Part shown: positions 9,846-20,100 of the stretch, in pieces
Layout of the letters: every line of letters starts with the position of its first letter
Numbering within the stretch: the stretch's first letter is position 1
Position numbers and translations under genes: made by a program
Source of the DNA: a virus
Length of the DNA stretch: 64,000 nucleotides
Virus record (IMG/VR): IMGVR_UViG_3300028197_000982
Coordinates: 10,923-74,922 of that record
Strand: one strand, 5' to 3'
Notes under the pieces: model-generated
What the model saw: the letters and a program-made list of their open reading frames with translations, nothing else
What the model was told of the DNA's origin: nothing
Database searches by the model: none

Positions 9846-10760
9846 ATGGGAAAACTAACAGCAAAAGAGTTAAAGGATGATAATCTAAAAGGCACTCAAT
9901 GGATTGGTATTGTTGAAAATACTGATGATGATATTTTTGAAGGTAGATGTCGAATTAGAGTTTTTGGTAAAATGGACCAGAGAGAAGATCCTGAAGATCC
10001 AAGTAGCGCTTATGTTATGCCAACTGAATCTTTACCTTGGGCAAGACCATCAGTTGCTTCATCAGGTGGAAGTAACACCGGGAGTGGTACATTTTCAGTT
10101 CCTAAAATTGGAACCATACTAAGAATAAGTTTTGATAATGGTAATTATTACGCGCCAGTATACCATGAGTCACTATACCCTTCTGATGAGACGAAGGCGG
10201 AGATAGAAGCTGCCTATCCTAACTCACACGTATTAATATATGATACAGCATTTGGTTTAACAGGTGACTTACAATCTGGTGATCCTACCGTTACTAATGA
10301 AAGGGAAGGTGAGCATATTAAAGTTTTCTTTACAGAAGAAAAAGGATTAATGATGGACTATACTACAACCGAAGGTCCAACTACCGTTAATGTAAAACCT
10401 GATAATTCTGTTGAAATAATAAATGCAAATGGTGATTCTATAATAATGCTTAATGACGGTAATATAACATTTACACATTCGGCTCAGTTTACAATAAACA
10501 GTGGAGCGGATACTGTAATTAATGCGACAACCGATACTCTTATTAATTGTGTTAATGCTGTAGTAACTGCATCTGCTGAAACTCATATTAATTCTCCAAG
10601 AATTAAATTAGGTGAAGCTGCGGCTGAGGCTGTCATTAAAGGTGATACATTTGCAGGTATATTTGATGGACATTCTCATATAGGTAATTTAGGTGCTCCT
10701 ACTAGTCCGCCTACATCAGTCACAGCACCGTCTTTAAGTGCAAAGAATACAACTGATTAA
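9846..10760 (+). CDS. Baseplate central spike (gp5/gpV-like; OB fold plus beta-helix, no lysozyme domain)
   Basis: WIGIVENTDDDIFEGRCRIRVFG...LPWARP...SVPKIG is the gp5 OB-fold signature. Beta-helix repeats and a C-terminal HSH metal-binding apex motif follow. Confidence 0.85.
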   Translation: MGKLTAKELKDDNLKGTQWIGIVENTDDDIFEGRCRIRVFGKMDQREDPEDPSSAYVMPTESLPWARPSVASSGGSNTGSGTFSVPKIGTILRISFDNGNYYAPVYHESLYPSDETKAEIEAAYPNSHVLIYDTAFGLTGDLQSGDPTVTNEREGEHIKVFFTEEKGLMMDYTTTEGPTTVNVKPDNSVEIINANGDSIIMLNDGNITFTHSAQFTINSGADTVINATTDTLINCVNAVVTASAETHINSPRIKLGEAAAEAVIKGDTFAGIFDGHSHIGNLGAPTSPPTSVTAPSLSAKNTTD

Positions 10761-10787
10761 TATATAAACTATAAAAATAATTAAATT

Positions 10788-11084
10788 ATGCCATTAGTTC
10801 CACCTATTTTAAACTCCGCATTAACTGCTGCATTTTCAGCTGCTATGTATGACTTTATTAATATATCAGCACAGCCTGGTACAAATGATGGGGTTGATAA
10901 ATCAGCCTTAGCTATTTCAACAGCTTCGGCAACATTCTCAGGTATTGCTGGACCAGCGATAGATGCTTACATAAGATCACAGCTTATAATTTTACCACCA
11001 GGACAAGCCGTCGCTACTGCAGGGTCACCGTCAGCACAAGTTGGCGCAACAACTGCACCATCTCCACCAGCTCTTATTACATAA
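10788..11084 (+). CDS. Small Ala/Pro-rich protein downstream of the spike (possible spike-associated protein)
   Basis: 98-aa ORF immediately after the gp5-like gene; late-type motif at 10759. Confidence 0.6.
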   Translation: MPLVPPILNSALTAAFSAAMYDFINISAQPGTNDGVDKSALAISTASATFSGIAGPAIDAYIRSQLIILPPGQAVATAGSPSAQVGATTAPSPPALIT

Positions 11085-11087
11085 TCT

Positions 11088-11143
11088 TAAACAATATAGA
11101 TAATAAGAAGTATAATAACTAAATCTAAACTAAGTAATATATA
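11088..11143 (+). promoter_or_regulatory. Tandem early/middle (TAAAC-N18-TATAAT) and late-type (AATATATA) promoters upstream of the S1 homologue
   Basis: TAAAC 11088-11092, TATAAT 11111-11116, AATATATA 11136-11143. Confidence 0.5.
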
Positions 11144-11172
11144 ATCTATAATAACCACTTTAATAAAAAATA

Positions 11173-12345
11173 ATGATAGAACAAGAAATCACAATACAAT
11201 TAAGTGATGATCCATTTGACACTGTAACAAAAAAAGTAATGGTACCTAAAGGAACTAAACTAATGTCTACAGAAAGTTATGCCGATGATCTAATGAAACT
11301 TTATGAATTGGATGACATTGAGGCTAAGAAATTAACAATGTCTGAAGAAGCAAATAATTATATAACACAAGGTGAGATTATTCATATTAAAAAAGAAACT
11401 CATATTATTGATGGGGAAAACGTAGAAGTTAAGATTGAAGCTTTAGTTGATATATCTAGAAAAAGTACTGCTGTTTGTATTTTACAAAAAGAAGATAAAG
11501 CAATAGTAGACCAATTAGAAATTGGTATGATGGTAGATATAAAGGTTAAGAATTCTAAACAAGGTACTTTATATGCGTCTATTAGTGATGCAATGGATGA
11601 AGTAAAAAGACAAGAAATTTATAACGCTATAGGTAATAAAACTATTGGATTTACTGGTAAAGTTAAAGAACTCATTCATGGTGGTTATTGGGTTGAAGTT
11701 GGCGGAGTTCAATGTTTTATGCCAGGTTCATTAGGAGGATTAAATAAATTACCTAACTTTGAAGCCATTGTAGGTAAAGAATTAATTGTGATGCCTATTA
11801 CTTATTCAAATGAAAAACGAACAATCGTAGTATCTCATAGAGAATATTTAAGAACGATGATTCCAACCACCGTAGAAAAACTTAGAGAAAATATTAAAGA
11901 ACATATCACAGGGTTTGTTACTGGTACCACTAAGTTTGGTATATTTGCAGAATTTAATGAATGTCTTACTGGTCTAATACCTAAAAATGAATTGGATGAG
12001 GATACTTTAAATAAATTTGAAAAGAGAGATATAAAAGCAGGTGATAGTATTAACTTTTGGACTAAAGAAGTTATATCTGATAAAAAAATCATATTAAGTC
12101 AATTAGGTCCTAAGATTGATTTATGGGATGGTGCAGATGAAAAATATAAACCAATGATGATCACAAAAGGTAAAGTAACTAAGGTAACTAAATACGGCGC
12201 ATTTGTGGAATTGGAAAAAGGTATTAGTGGATTAATTCATAAAACTAAATTAAAAAATACCGAACTTTCTAAGGGTGATGAAATCGATGTTAAAATCGGT
12301 AGTGTTAATGTTAGTGATCGCAAGATTACAATGAACTTAGTATAA
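11173..12345 (+). CDS. rpsA: Ribosomal protein S1 (bS1) homologue with about 4 S1 domains
   Basis: GKVKELIHGGYWVEVGGVQCFMPGS...IVVSHREYL (domain 2-like), GFVTGTTKFGIFAEF..LTGLIP, and GKVTKVTKYGAFVELEKGISGLIH...RKITMNL. Confidence 0.85.
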   Translation: MIEQEITIQLSDDPFDTVTKKVMVPKGTKLMSTESYADDLMKLYELDDIEAKKLTMSEEANNYITQGEIIHIKKETHIIDGENVEVKIEALVDISRKSTAVCILQKEDKAIVDQLEIGMMVDIKVKNSKQGTLYASISDAMDEVKRQEIYNAIGNKTIGFTGKVKELIHGGYWVEVGGVQCFMPGSLGGLNKLPNFEAIVGKELIVMPITYSNEKRTIVVSHREYLRTMIPTTVEKLRENIKEHITGFVTGTTKFGIFAEFNECLTGLIPKNELDEDTLNKFEKRDIKAGDSINFWTKEVISDKKIILSQLGPKIDLWDGADEKYKPMMITKGKVTKVTKYGAFVELEKGISGLIHKTKLKNTELSKGDEIDVKIGSVNVSDRKITMNLV

Positions 12346-12347
12346 CC

Positions 12348-12386
12348 TTTATCCTGGTTTGGAATATATAAACAAATCAGGATAAA
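12348..12386 (+). promoter_or_regulatory. 14-bp hairpin with a late-type promoter in the loop, abutting the start codon
   Basis: TTTATCCTGGTTTG (12348-61) pairs with CAAATCAGGATAAA (12373-86), one G-U; loop GAATATATAAA; ATG at 12388. Confidence 0.75.
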
Positions 12387-12387
12387 T

Positions 12388-13686
12388 ATGTATTCTAACG
12401 AACAACTTAATGCTATACATTCTTCAAAGATAGGTTTTGAATTTGAGTTCTTTTCAAATGAAAACCTTGATCTTACAAAGGATAGTTTAGCTCGTACTTT
12501 AAATAAATCAATCAGAGTAGAGGAAAAGGCTCATAGTGATTTTACTCCAACAGAAAATATCTTTAAATTAGAACCAGATAATTCCGGCGGAACCGGAATG
12601 ATTGAATTAGTAACTGGTCCATTACCATTTGTTGAGGCTAAGATAATCATGGCTAAAACTTTAAAATGGATTAGAGAAAATGGAAAGACTAATGAAAGAT
12701 GCTCTATTCATATCAACCTTGCATTTGATGGAAAGAAGTTAGGACCAATTGTTAATATGTCTAAATTAGATGTAGGTAAATTCGTACTTAATTTTGATGA
12801 GAACAAAGTATATGAAGCTTTTCCAAATAGAAGAGATTCTGTTTATGCAAAGTCTATAAAGTTTATAGTTCCTTTAAGTGGTATGACTCAACCTTCACCA
12901 GAAAAAAATCTTTGGAAAAACTATATGTTTGTCAAAGAGAAGTATTATGGTATTAATTTTGAAAAGCTACAAAAGGGTTATATTGAATTTAGATATCTTG
13001 GTGGAGCTGATTATGAAAAGAAGTATTCTACAATACTTTCAATGACTGAACATTTTATTACTTCGTTATATGAAACTTTAGTTAATCCACAATATAACGA
13101 AACAGATTTAAAAGTTTTAGATAAGATTTTAGAAAAACATAAAACTGTTATTGAATCTTATAGAACCTATTCCTCATTTAAAGAAAAATTTCCTAAAATA
13201 CATTTAATGATTGATCTGCAAACATATGATCAAATTGTTGAAATGTACTATCCTAAAATTAGAGAAAAGATTTTTGATTTAATTACTAAGGCTGATATGA
13301 ATGAAGGTTTAATTAATTATGATGCTGATAGTGGAAGAATACAAATAAAAGATGCTAAATTAATGAGATGCTTTGAGATTATTGGTGTTGATATTGTTGA
13401 TTCAGTTATACAAGGTAATATTATAAATTGTGATATCTTTGGCTGTGATTTAAAAAATACATCAGTGTTTGAATCTAATCTTTTTGGTGCTACCGTTGCT
13501 GAAGATTGTAAAATAGAAGAATCATATGTTAGTAGAAATGTAATATGTGAAGAAAGTTATGTATTCGGTAAAAGAGGAGTATTTAGCGGGGAGATGATTG
13601 GTGGTATATTTAGACAAGGTAGAGCAACGCCTCTTGCTAGGTTTGGTGATAAAACCGAGGTAATAGAAATAGAAAAAATTAAGTAA
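12388..13686 (+). CDS. Putative amidoligase (Amidoligase_2 / COOH-NH2 ligase fold) with C-terminal beta-helix-like repeats
   Basis: IGFEFEF, LEPDNS, IELVTGPL, NERCSIHIN, KYYGINF and YIEFRYLGG motifs in the expected order. Confidence 0.75.
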   Translation: MYSNEQLNAIHSSKIGFEFEFFSNENLDLTKDSLARTLNKSIRVEEKAHSDFTPTENIFKLEPDNSGGTGMIELVTGPLPFVEAKIIMAKTLKWIRENGKTNERCSIHINLAFDGKKLGPIVNMSKLDVGKFVLNFDENKVYEAFPNRRDSVYAKSIKFIVPLSGMTQPSPEKNLWKNYMFVKEKYYGINFEKLQKGYIEFRYLGGADYEKKYSTILSMTEHFITSLYETLVNPQYNETDLKVLDKILEKHKTVIESYRTYSSFKEKFPKIHLMIDLQTYDQIVEMYYPKIREKIFDLITKADMNEGLINYDADSGRIQIKDAKLMRCFEIIGVDIVDSVIQGNIINCDIFGCDLKNTSVFESNLFGATVAEDCKIEESYVSRNVICEESYVFGKRGVFSGEMIGGIFRQGRATPLARFGDKTEVIEIEKIK

Positions 13687-13690
13687 AGAT

Positions 13691-14557
13691 ATGGCTAGGA
13701 ATAAAAGTTGGTGCAACCCAGATTCACAGGAATGTTTAGATGCACTCATAAAGGAAATTAATGATGATTTAACAGTAGGTTGTCAAATACCTTTTACAGT
13801 ACCTAAAAAGGAATTAGCTCATATCATAAATAGGGCAAAGGATTACTTTTATAAAATATATGAAGATAGCGTTGAAGAAATGTTTATTGCATTACCTGCT
13901 ACTGCATGGGGTGAATCTGCATTTAGACAAGGCATAAGCCATAATGACCAAACCGGTGCTACGCCTAATAAGCTAACTGAAAAGGATGTTAACAATCCCA
14001 GGGGTGTTGTAAAAATGCCGTCTACTGTTTGGGCTGTTAATAATGTATTCCAAATAAATGGTTTTTCTGGTGAAGATGGTGGTTTTGGTAGTAATTCATT
14101 TTCTGCTGGTGATATTGATTTTTCATTAGATAAATTTATATACTCTGATGTGTATGGTGCAGGTCTTGGTTCTGAAGAATTAATGTATTATGTTATTAAT
14201 GCTAAATATGTTGATAATGCAAGACAGGCTTTACAGGCGCAAATCTCTTATAATTATAATAGGCTTACTAAGAAATTTAGATTTATGGGAGAACTTCCTA
14301 AAAGAGGAGCGTGTATATTTCAGGTTTATAATACTATTCCTGACTGTGATCTTTTTCAAGACGAGGCTTTTATAAGATACTGTATAGGTATGGCTAAAAT
14401 ACAATTATCTAGAATATTAGGTACATTTCAATTTAACTTACCTGGTAATATTACTATTAATTACGATTTAATCTCTAGTGAAGGTAGAGAAGAGGTTGAT
14501 GCTATCGTTGAAGAAATAAAAGGTGATGAAGGTGTTGATTATTTTTTCACAGGATAA
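13691..14557 (+). CDS. Neck protein (T4 gp13-like)
   Basis: INRAKDYFY near the N-terminus; FIRYCIGMAKIQLSRILGTFQFNLPGNITINYD..SEGREE...FFTG matches gp13 C-termini. Confidence 0.75.
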   Translation: MARNKSWCNPDSQECLDALIKEINDDLTVGCQIPFTVPKKELAHIINRAKDYFYKIYEDSVEEMFIALPATAWGESAFRQGISHNDQTGATPNKLTEKDVNNPRGVVKMPSTVWAVNNVFQINGFSGEDGGFGSNSFSAGDIDFSLDKFIYSDVYGAGLGSEELMYYVINAKYVDNARQALQAQISYNYNRLTKKFRFMGELPKRGACIFQVYNTIPDCDLFQDEAFIRYCIGMAKIQLSRILGTFQFNLPGNITINYDLISSEGREEVDAIVEEIKGDEGVDYFFTG

Positions 14558-14586
14558 TTTATAATCTAAGACCCTCAAAAAATGTA

Positions 14587-14613
14587 GAGAATATATAATA
14601 AAAGAATATTCTC
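14587..14613 (+). promoter_or_regulatory. 8-bp hairpin overlapping a late-type promoter, abutting the start codon
   Basis: GAGAATAT (14587-94) pairs with ATATTCTC (14606-13); AATATATA at 14590; ATG at 14615. Confidence 0.6.
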
Positions 14614-14614
14614 A

Positions 14615-14980
14615 ATGATTAAAGAAATATACAGTAGAGACGTAGATGCACCGAAGTACAATGATGATGTAATTGAGGTGACAGATCAGTTACAGCAGCT
14701 TATCCTTAAGATAGAGAATTGTTTGTTTACAAGACAAGGTGATGTGCTAGGTTCTCCTAATATGGGATGTAATTTAGATGATCTTGTCTTTTCTTTAGTA
14801 TTAAATGAATCTGTTATTGCACAGAAAATCAGTACTCAGATTCAAACATATTGCTTAAACAGCAGTAGTAGCCAATTTGGCATAGATGTAAGAGTACAAT
14901 TTTACAGCTTAGTTGATAGGAGCGGTTGTTTAGTTGATATTTTTGTAAATGAAGAAAGAGTCATTGGGGCTTTGTTTTAA
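14615..14980 (+). CDS. Baseplate wedge / sheath initiator (T4 gp25-like)
   Basis: IENCLFTRQGDVLGSPNMGCNLDDLVF matches the gp25 T..GE....P.FG..L...LF motif. Confidence 0.8.
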   Translation: MIKEIYSRDVDAPKYNDDVIEVTDQLQQLILKIENCLFTRQGDVLGSPNMGCNLDDLVFSLVLNESVIAQKISTQIQTYCLNSSSSQFGIDVRVQFYSLVDRSGCLVDIFVNEERVIGALF

Positions 14981-14999
14981 AATAAAAATAAAATAGTTA

Positions 15000-16856
15000 A
15001 TGTCATTTTTTAGTAAAACCAGAATTAAAGCAACAGAGTTATTCTTTGATGCATTCCAATATCTACAACGTCAATATGACCAGGCAGGTGAAGTGTTTAC
15101 ACCAGCATCGCCGTTTGGGCAAATTCTTACTGTTGTTGCTAACTTAGGAGAACTTATTCTATTTTATATTGAAGCCGTTGGAACTGAACTTAATATTAGC
15201 AGAGCAAGAAATATAGAATCTATTTACGGTTTATCAAGATTAACAGGCCATGATCCTACTAGAGGAATATCTGCACAAGGGATTATAGGATTAAGATTAA
15301 ATACTTCGGCAGCATCATTAGTTGAAGGTGATTACGTACAAATATTAAATTATGCGCCATTAGAAATAGGTCAAAATAGTTTAATGTATTTTATAAAATT
15401 TGATAGTGATTATATAAGATTAGAAAAAACATCGAGGCAATTTGTTAATGTTGAGCTTATACAAGGTAAGAGAGAAGATCAAACTTTTACAGGAACTGGG
15501 CTGGATTTACAAAGTTATAACTTAACTACAAAAGAGCCTACAGATCAATATATGGTTGATGTACATGTAGATGGTAAGTTATGGAAAAATGTTAATTCAT
15601 TATATGATATGAATAATGGCGAGGAATGCGTTATGGTTAAAACTAGTGTTAACGGTGGATTAACATGTTTCTTTGGAAACAAACAATTTGGTGAACCGCC
15701 TGCATTAGGATCTATTATTAAAGTTACTTATGTAAAGACTAGGGGCTCTGCTGGAAATATAGGAGGTAAGAATTTAGATTTAAAATTTTTGGAGCCAGCT
15801 ACCGATGCAACTGGCCAAGATGTTGACTTAAATACCGTTTTAGCATTAAACATTGTTAGAAACCCAATGTTTGGTTCTGACTCTGAAGATCCTTCATTTA
15901 CTAGATTAATTGCTCCATATCAAAGTAATTCTTTTGTATTAGCTAACCCAAACAATTATATTTACTATTTAAGTAAGTATGATTATTTTTCTTTTGTAGA
16001 TGCATACAATACAAAGGATGATGAATATTTAGATGATGATAATATAGTATACTTATTTCTTATACCTGATATTGCTAAAAAGATAACAAGTGATAAAGAT
16101 TATTTTACTGTTCCTGTTGATGAATTTTCAATGACGGCTGATGAAAAGGAAATGGTATATGAAATTTTAAACGAAAGCGGTAGACAAATAGTTACTGCTG
16201 AGGTTAGAATTAATGATCCTGTGATTAAAAGATATGCATTAAATATTGTAATAAGATATGTTGAAGGGTTTGATAAAGATGAGATGCATGCTGCAATAAG
16301 AGAACAACTTAGTACTTATTTTATATACATTAATAGAAGAGATAGAATTCCAAGATCTGATATTATTTCAATAATTGAAAATGTAGATGGTGTTGATTCT
16401 GTAAATGTATTTTTTATATCGGAGGCTAATGAAAAAGCAATAGCTGATGGATTTTATGAAGTACCAGTGTATGGAACGGATCCTGTTACAGATCAAAAAG
16501 TATTAATAGAAACTAAAAAGGTAGAAATTAAAGAAGGTGAAGATCCTCAAATAGGTTTAGATGAATTTGGTGATGTTGTGATTGGTCCAGAAGATCTTGC
16601 TATCATAAGAGGTGGATGGGAAGATAGAAATGGAACATTATACGAAGTAGTACCTAATAAGAACGCTGTTAGTTCACTTAATATATTCTTTAAAGGTACT
16701 ATTCCAAATAACCTATATAATAAAACTCAACAATCTAAGTTTCAAGATTTAAAAAGAACACGAGGGACAACGATTGCAACATCAGGAAACTCAAGAAGTA
16801 CAAACACTGGAAGGTTAAAAGATAACCCTACATTAAAAGCAATACAAGGAAAGTAA
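15000..16856 (+). CDS. Baseplate wedge protein (T4 gp6 / P2 gpJ-like)
   Basis: ARNIESIYGLSRLTGHDPTRGISA, FFGNKQFGEPP..GSIIKVTYVKTRGSAGN and SDIISIIENVDGVDSV; follows the gp25-like gene. Confidence 0.85.
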   Translation: MSFFSKTRIKATELFFDAFQYLQRQYDQAGEVFTPASPFGQILTVVANLGELILFYIEAVGTELNISRARNIESIYGLSRLTGHDPTRGISAQGIIGLRLNTSAASLVEGDYVQILNYAPLEIGQNSLMYFIKFDSDYIRLEKTSRQFVNVELIQGKREDQTFTGTGLDLQSYNLTTKEPTDQYMVDVHVDGKLWKNVNSLYDMNNGEECVMVKTSVNGGLTCFFGNKQFGEPPALGSIIKVTYVKTRGSAGNIGGKNLDLKFLEPATDATGQDVDLNTVLALNIVRNPMFGSDSEDPSFTRLIAPYQSNSFVLANPNNYIYYLSKYDYFSFVDAYNTKDDEYLDDDNIVYLFLIPDIAKKITSDKDYFTVPVDEFSMTADEKEMVYEILNESGRQIVTAEVRINDPVIKRYALNIVIRYVEGFDKDEMHAAIREQLSTYFIYINRRDRIPRSDIISIIENVDGVDSVNVFFISEANEKAIADGFYEVPVYGTDPVTDQKVLIETKKVEIKEGEDPQIGLDEFGDVVIGPEDLAIIRGGWEDRNGTLYEVVPNKNAVSSLNIFFKGTIPNNLYNKTQQSKFQDLKRTRGTTIATSGNSRSTNTGRLKDNPTLKAIQGK

Positions 16857-16857
16857 C

Positions 16858-17127
16858 ATGAATAAATTTACAGAGAGAAGAACCGGTATGCCTAGTGTTT
16901 ATAAAGCTACTTATGAAGAAGGTTGGGAATTAAAAAATTTAGGTAACGATTATAATGAAAATCTCATGAGAAATTCATTTTCTAATTATATGTTTAGAAA
17001 TGAAAGACTTGGTACCTTTATAGATTCATACTTAAAACCTATTATGACTTTTTGGATTAATAAAGTAAAGTACTTAAGAATTTATTATAATTTTGGTGTA
17101 CCTAAAGACTATCAAAAAATAGATTAA
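16858..17127 (+). CDS. Small hypothetical baseplate-module protein
   Basis: 89-aa ORF packed with 1-nt gaps between neighbours. Confidence 0.7.
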   Translation: MNKFTERRTGMPSVYKATYEEGWELKNLGNDYNENLMRNSFSNYMFRNERLGTFIDSYLKPIMTFWINKVKYLRIYYNFGVPKDYQKID

Positions 17128-17128
17128 G

Positions 17129-20100
17129 ATGGTTAACAATTGGAAAAATTTAAATTTCTTTGATAAGAATGGAAAGTGTTATAATTTTGATTATGATTCA
17201 TCTGAGGATAAATGGTCAGGTTCTATTTACCTGTCTGAAGTATCTATAGGACTATTTGAAGTTGGTCAGATATTTATACTCGAGCAATTTGTTAACAAAA
17301 ATACTAATACTAAAGCATTTGGTTTTCCTCATGGTATAGAAGTACCAACAGGAACTACAGGATCAACTAACGGTGTATGTAATTGGTTGGTGGAATGGCA
17401 AACATCGGACCCAACTGAAATTATGCTATTTCAATTCAACATGAATTTCAATAGTGGGACACAAACATCATTAGAGATGGAACCTGACGGTCCGCCTTTA
17501 CAGATTATTACAGAATTAGAAGTACCTTTAGGATATGATCCTACTGAAACTGTTAGCCCAGATGGTTACATTGTAACAGATACTATTATCTCGGAGGCAT
17601 TACAAATTAATATAGCAATAAGGTCAGAAGTTGAAAATACATATAAACGAACACTGTTAATTAAGGATGATTGTACAGGTAATGTTGTGGCTGAGATATT
17701 AGTATATGGTGAAACTATTTCCGAAGATGAGAGACTTAAGGTTATGACTCAGAATATGGGTTATAATGTTTTGGAATCTGATAGTGACATATTTAGAAAT
17801 ACAAATATTAAAGAATTACTTCCTAATTTTGAAGAAGTAAATTTAAAGAGAAAGGAAATAATGATGGAGGGTAGTAATATTTACCCCTTTATCGGTTCCT
17901 ATAAAGGTTTAATAAATGCTATTAAATTCTTTGGTTATGATACTTTACAAGTAAAAGAATTCTGGAAAAATGTAGATGCAAACTCTCCTATGTTTGGTAA
18001 ATATATTCAAAGTAATAATATAGCCCTCTTTGATCCTAAAGTACAGTTCAATGATAAGTCTATAACATTACCTAATAAAAAGTTTAGAAAAACTAGTTTA
18101 TTTAGTTTAGTATATAGAATTAATGAAATAGTACCAGATAAGTATGATATAGAAGACTTACCTATAACCGAAGAGAATTATGATTTTACCATCGAAGAAA
18201 TTTTACTTAAGCTATTTGGATTAAAGAAAAAATTAGAAAATGAATTTTTACCGCTTAATGCTAGAATAAAAGATATTACTGGTGAGGCTGATTTTTTCGG
18301 TTTATTAGAGGTTGTAAATACAATAAGTAGAAATGATAAGACAGAAATTGTAGCAGGAATAGATACTAATTTTAAGCTATCTACTGATGATTGTATTTAC
18401 ATGGAAGATTTAAGATCGTTTAGCCAATTTTGTTTAGCATCTGAAGCTATAGTTGATATAGCCATTATAAATTACTGTAATGCATTTATTGCACCTATAT
18501 CATCTGCGGTGGGTATTGGTAGAAACTTATTACTTGGCCCTATCACACCTGGAGAAGTTTATCCACCTTCACCTATTGGTCCTGATCTGAATGGCCCTTT
18601 AGGTAATCCTAGCGATGGGTCTAATTATTTAGTTAAAGATTTATCGGATGCATTTCTTGCGTATTTTACTAGGTACGCCCCTAAGCTAAGTAAAGTAGGT
18701 GCATGGCCTGATGGTGAATCTTCATATTACTTACCAGATAAACCAGATATACCTGTTGGTGCTATGACGGTTTTAGAAAATACGTCATTTAATAATATAA
18801 CTTGGGATAATGTAGATTCTACATGGAATCAATTAAATGATGCAAATAAATTTTTTACATTTGATATTGATCCGCAAGGTGTTTTTGTTGGTGATGTGTT
18901 TACTGTTACTGACCCAGATACAAATACTGGTGCTACATATACCGCTACATTAGGAGATACCGACACTGATGTAAGAAACGCGCTATACGATCAATTAATA
19001 AATTTAAAAACATCATTCACTGACCCTTGGTTATTTTGGGATATTACAAAGGAGAGTGGAGTTACTGGTGATGTGCTTAGGCTGTTCGGGCAAAATGTTG
19101 ATAGACTAACAGTTACCTGTGAATCGTCCGTTGGTTCAGTATTGCTGTTTAGCCAATTGCCTGGAGAAACGCTATTTACTTGGGAAGGTATTGAGAGAGG
19201 AAATTTTGATGAAATAGAATGGACTATTTATAAAGATGCTACTGATGTTTCACCTTCTTATTATAGAGTGTTCAGAGGACCTATATCCCAATATAATAAA
19301 TTACCATTAATACTACCGTATGTTGGTTTATATAGTGTGGAAATGAAGCTATTTGATCTCTATAACAATATATCATCCAACGTAAAGTCTGATTTTATTT
19401 GTGTAGAAAGTAGAGAAGTAGAATACTCTGGTTGGTACCAATCTAGGAAAGAAAATTATACTTGGAATAGTGAGTCTAAATATTTATGGAATGATTATGG
19501 GTCATTATGGAATTTACCAATTGAACCTTCTATAACATGGGCAGATGAAACACCAAGCCTATATTCCTCATTAGATAGAGTTAATGCTATTCTTAATAAT
19601 TTTGGTTTAGGTACTTCTCCGGATTTTCAATTGTTAAATTATCAAGATGATGGTAAGGCCAGTTTTAGTGGACCTTATAGATGGGATAACTTAACCACTG
19701 GTGGATGGAATGACACTTATCATTTATGGTGGGATATGACTAGTACTACAGGTGATACACCAGCGTTCTTTCAGTTTAAAGAAGTTATACCTGAAACTTA
19801 TCTCAAAATAATTGATGAGAATGGGGAAACCGCTGAACATTATTTTGATTCCACTATTGATACTTTAGCTAAAGCCGCATCAGGCTTAAACACTAGTAAA
19901 AATAAAATAATTAATAAGTATATTTATAATGTAGTATATGATGCTTCAAACAATCAAAAATTTATACAGGCAGTTTGTAGATATTTTGGAGTACATGGTG
20001 ATTGGAAATATGTTGACATTGTATATGCAAACGGTGACAGGGTGTGTCCAACTACTGGAGTAACAGGTGTACCTTTCCCAACTGGTGAAACAGATTGTCC

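Noticed and set aside
11173-12345. rpsA and groES as evidence of bacterial chromosome or a prophage boundary
   Set aside because: Both are divergent, flanked by phage genes and phage-type promoters, with no groEL, cmk or integrase nearby.
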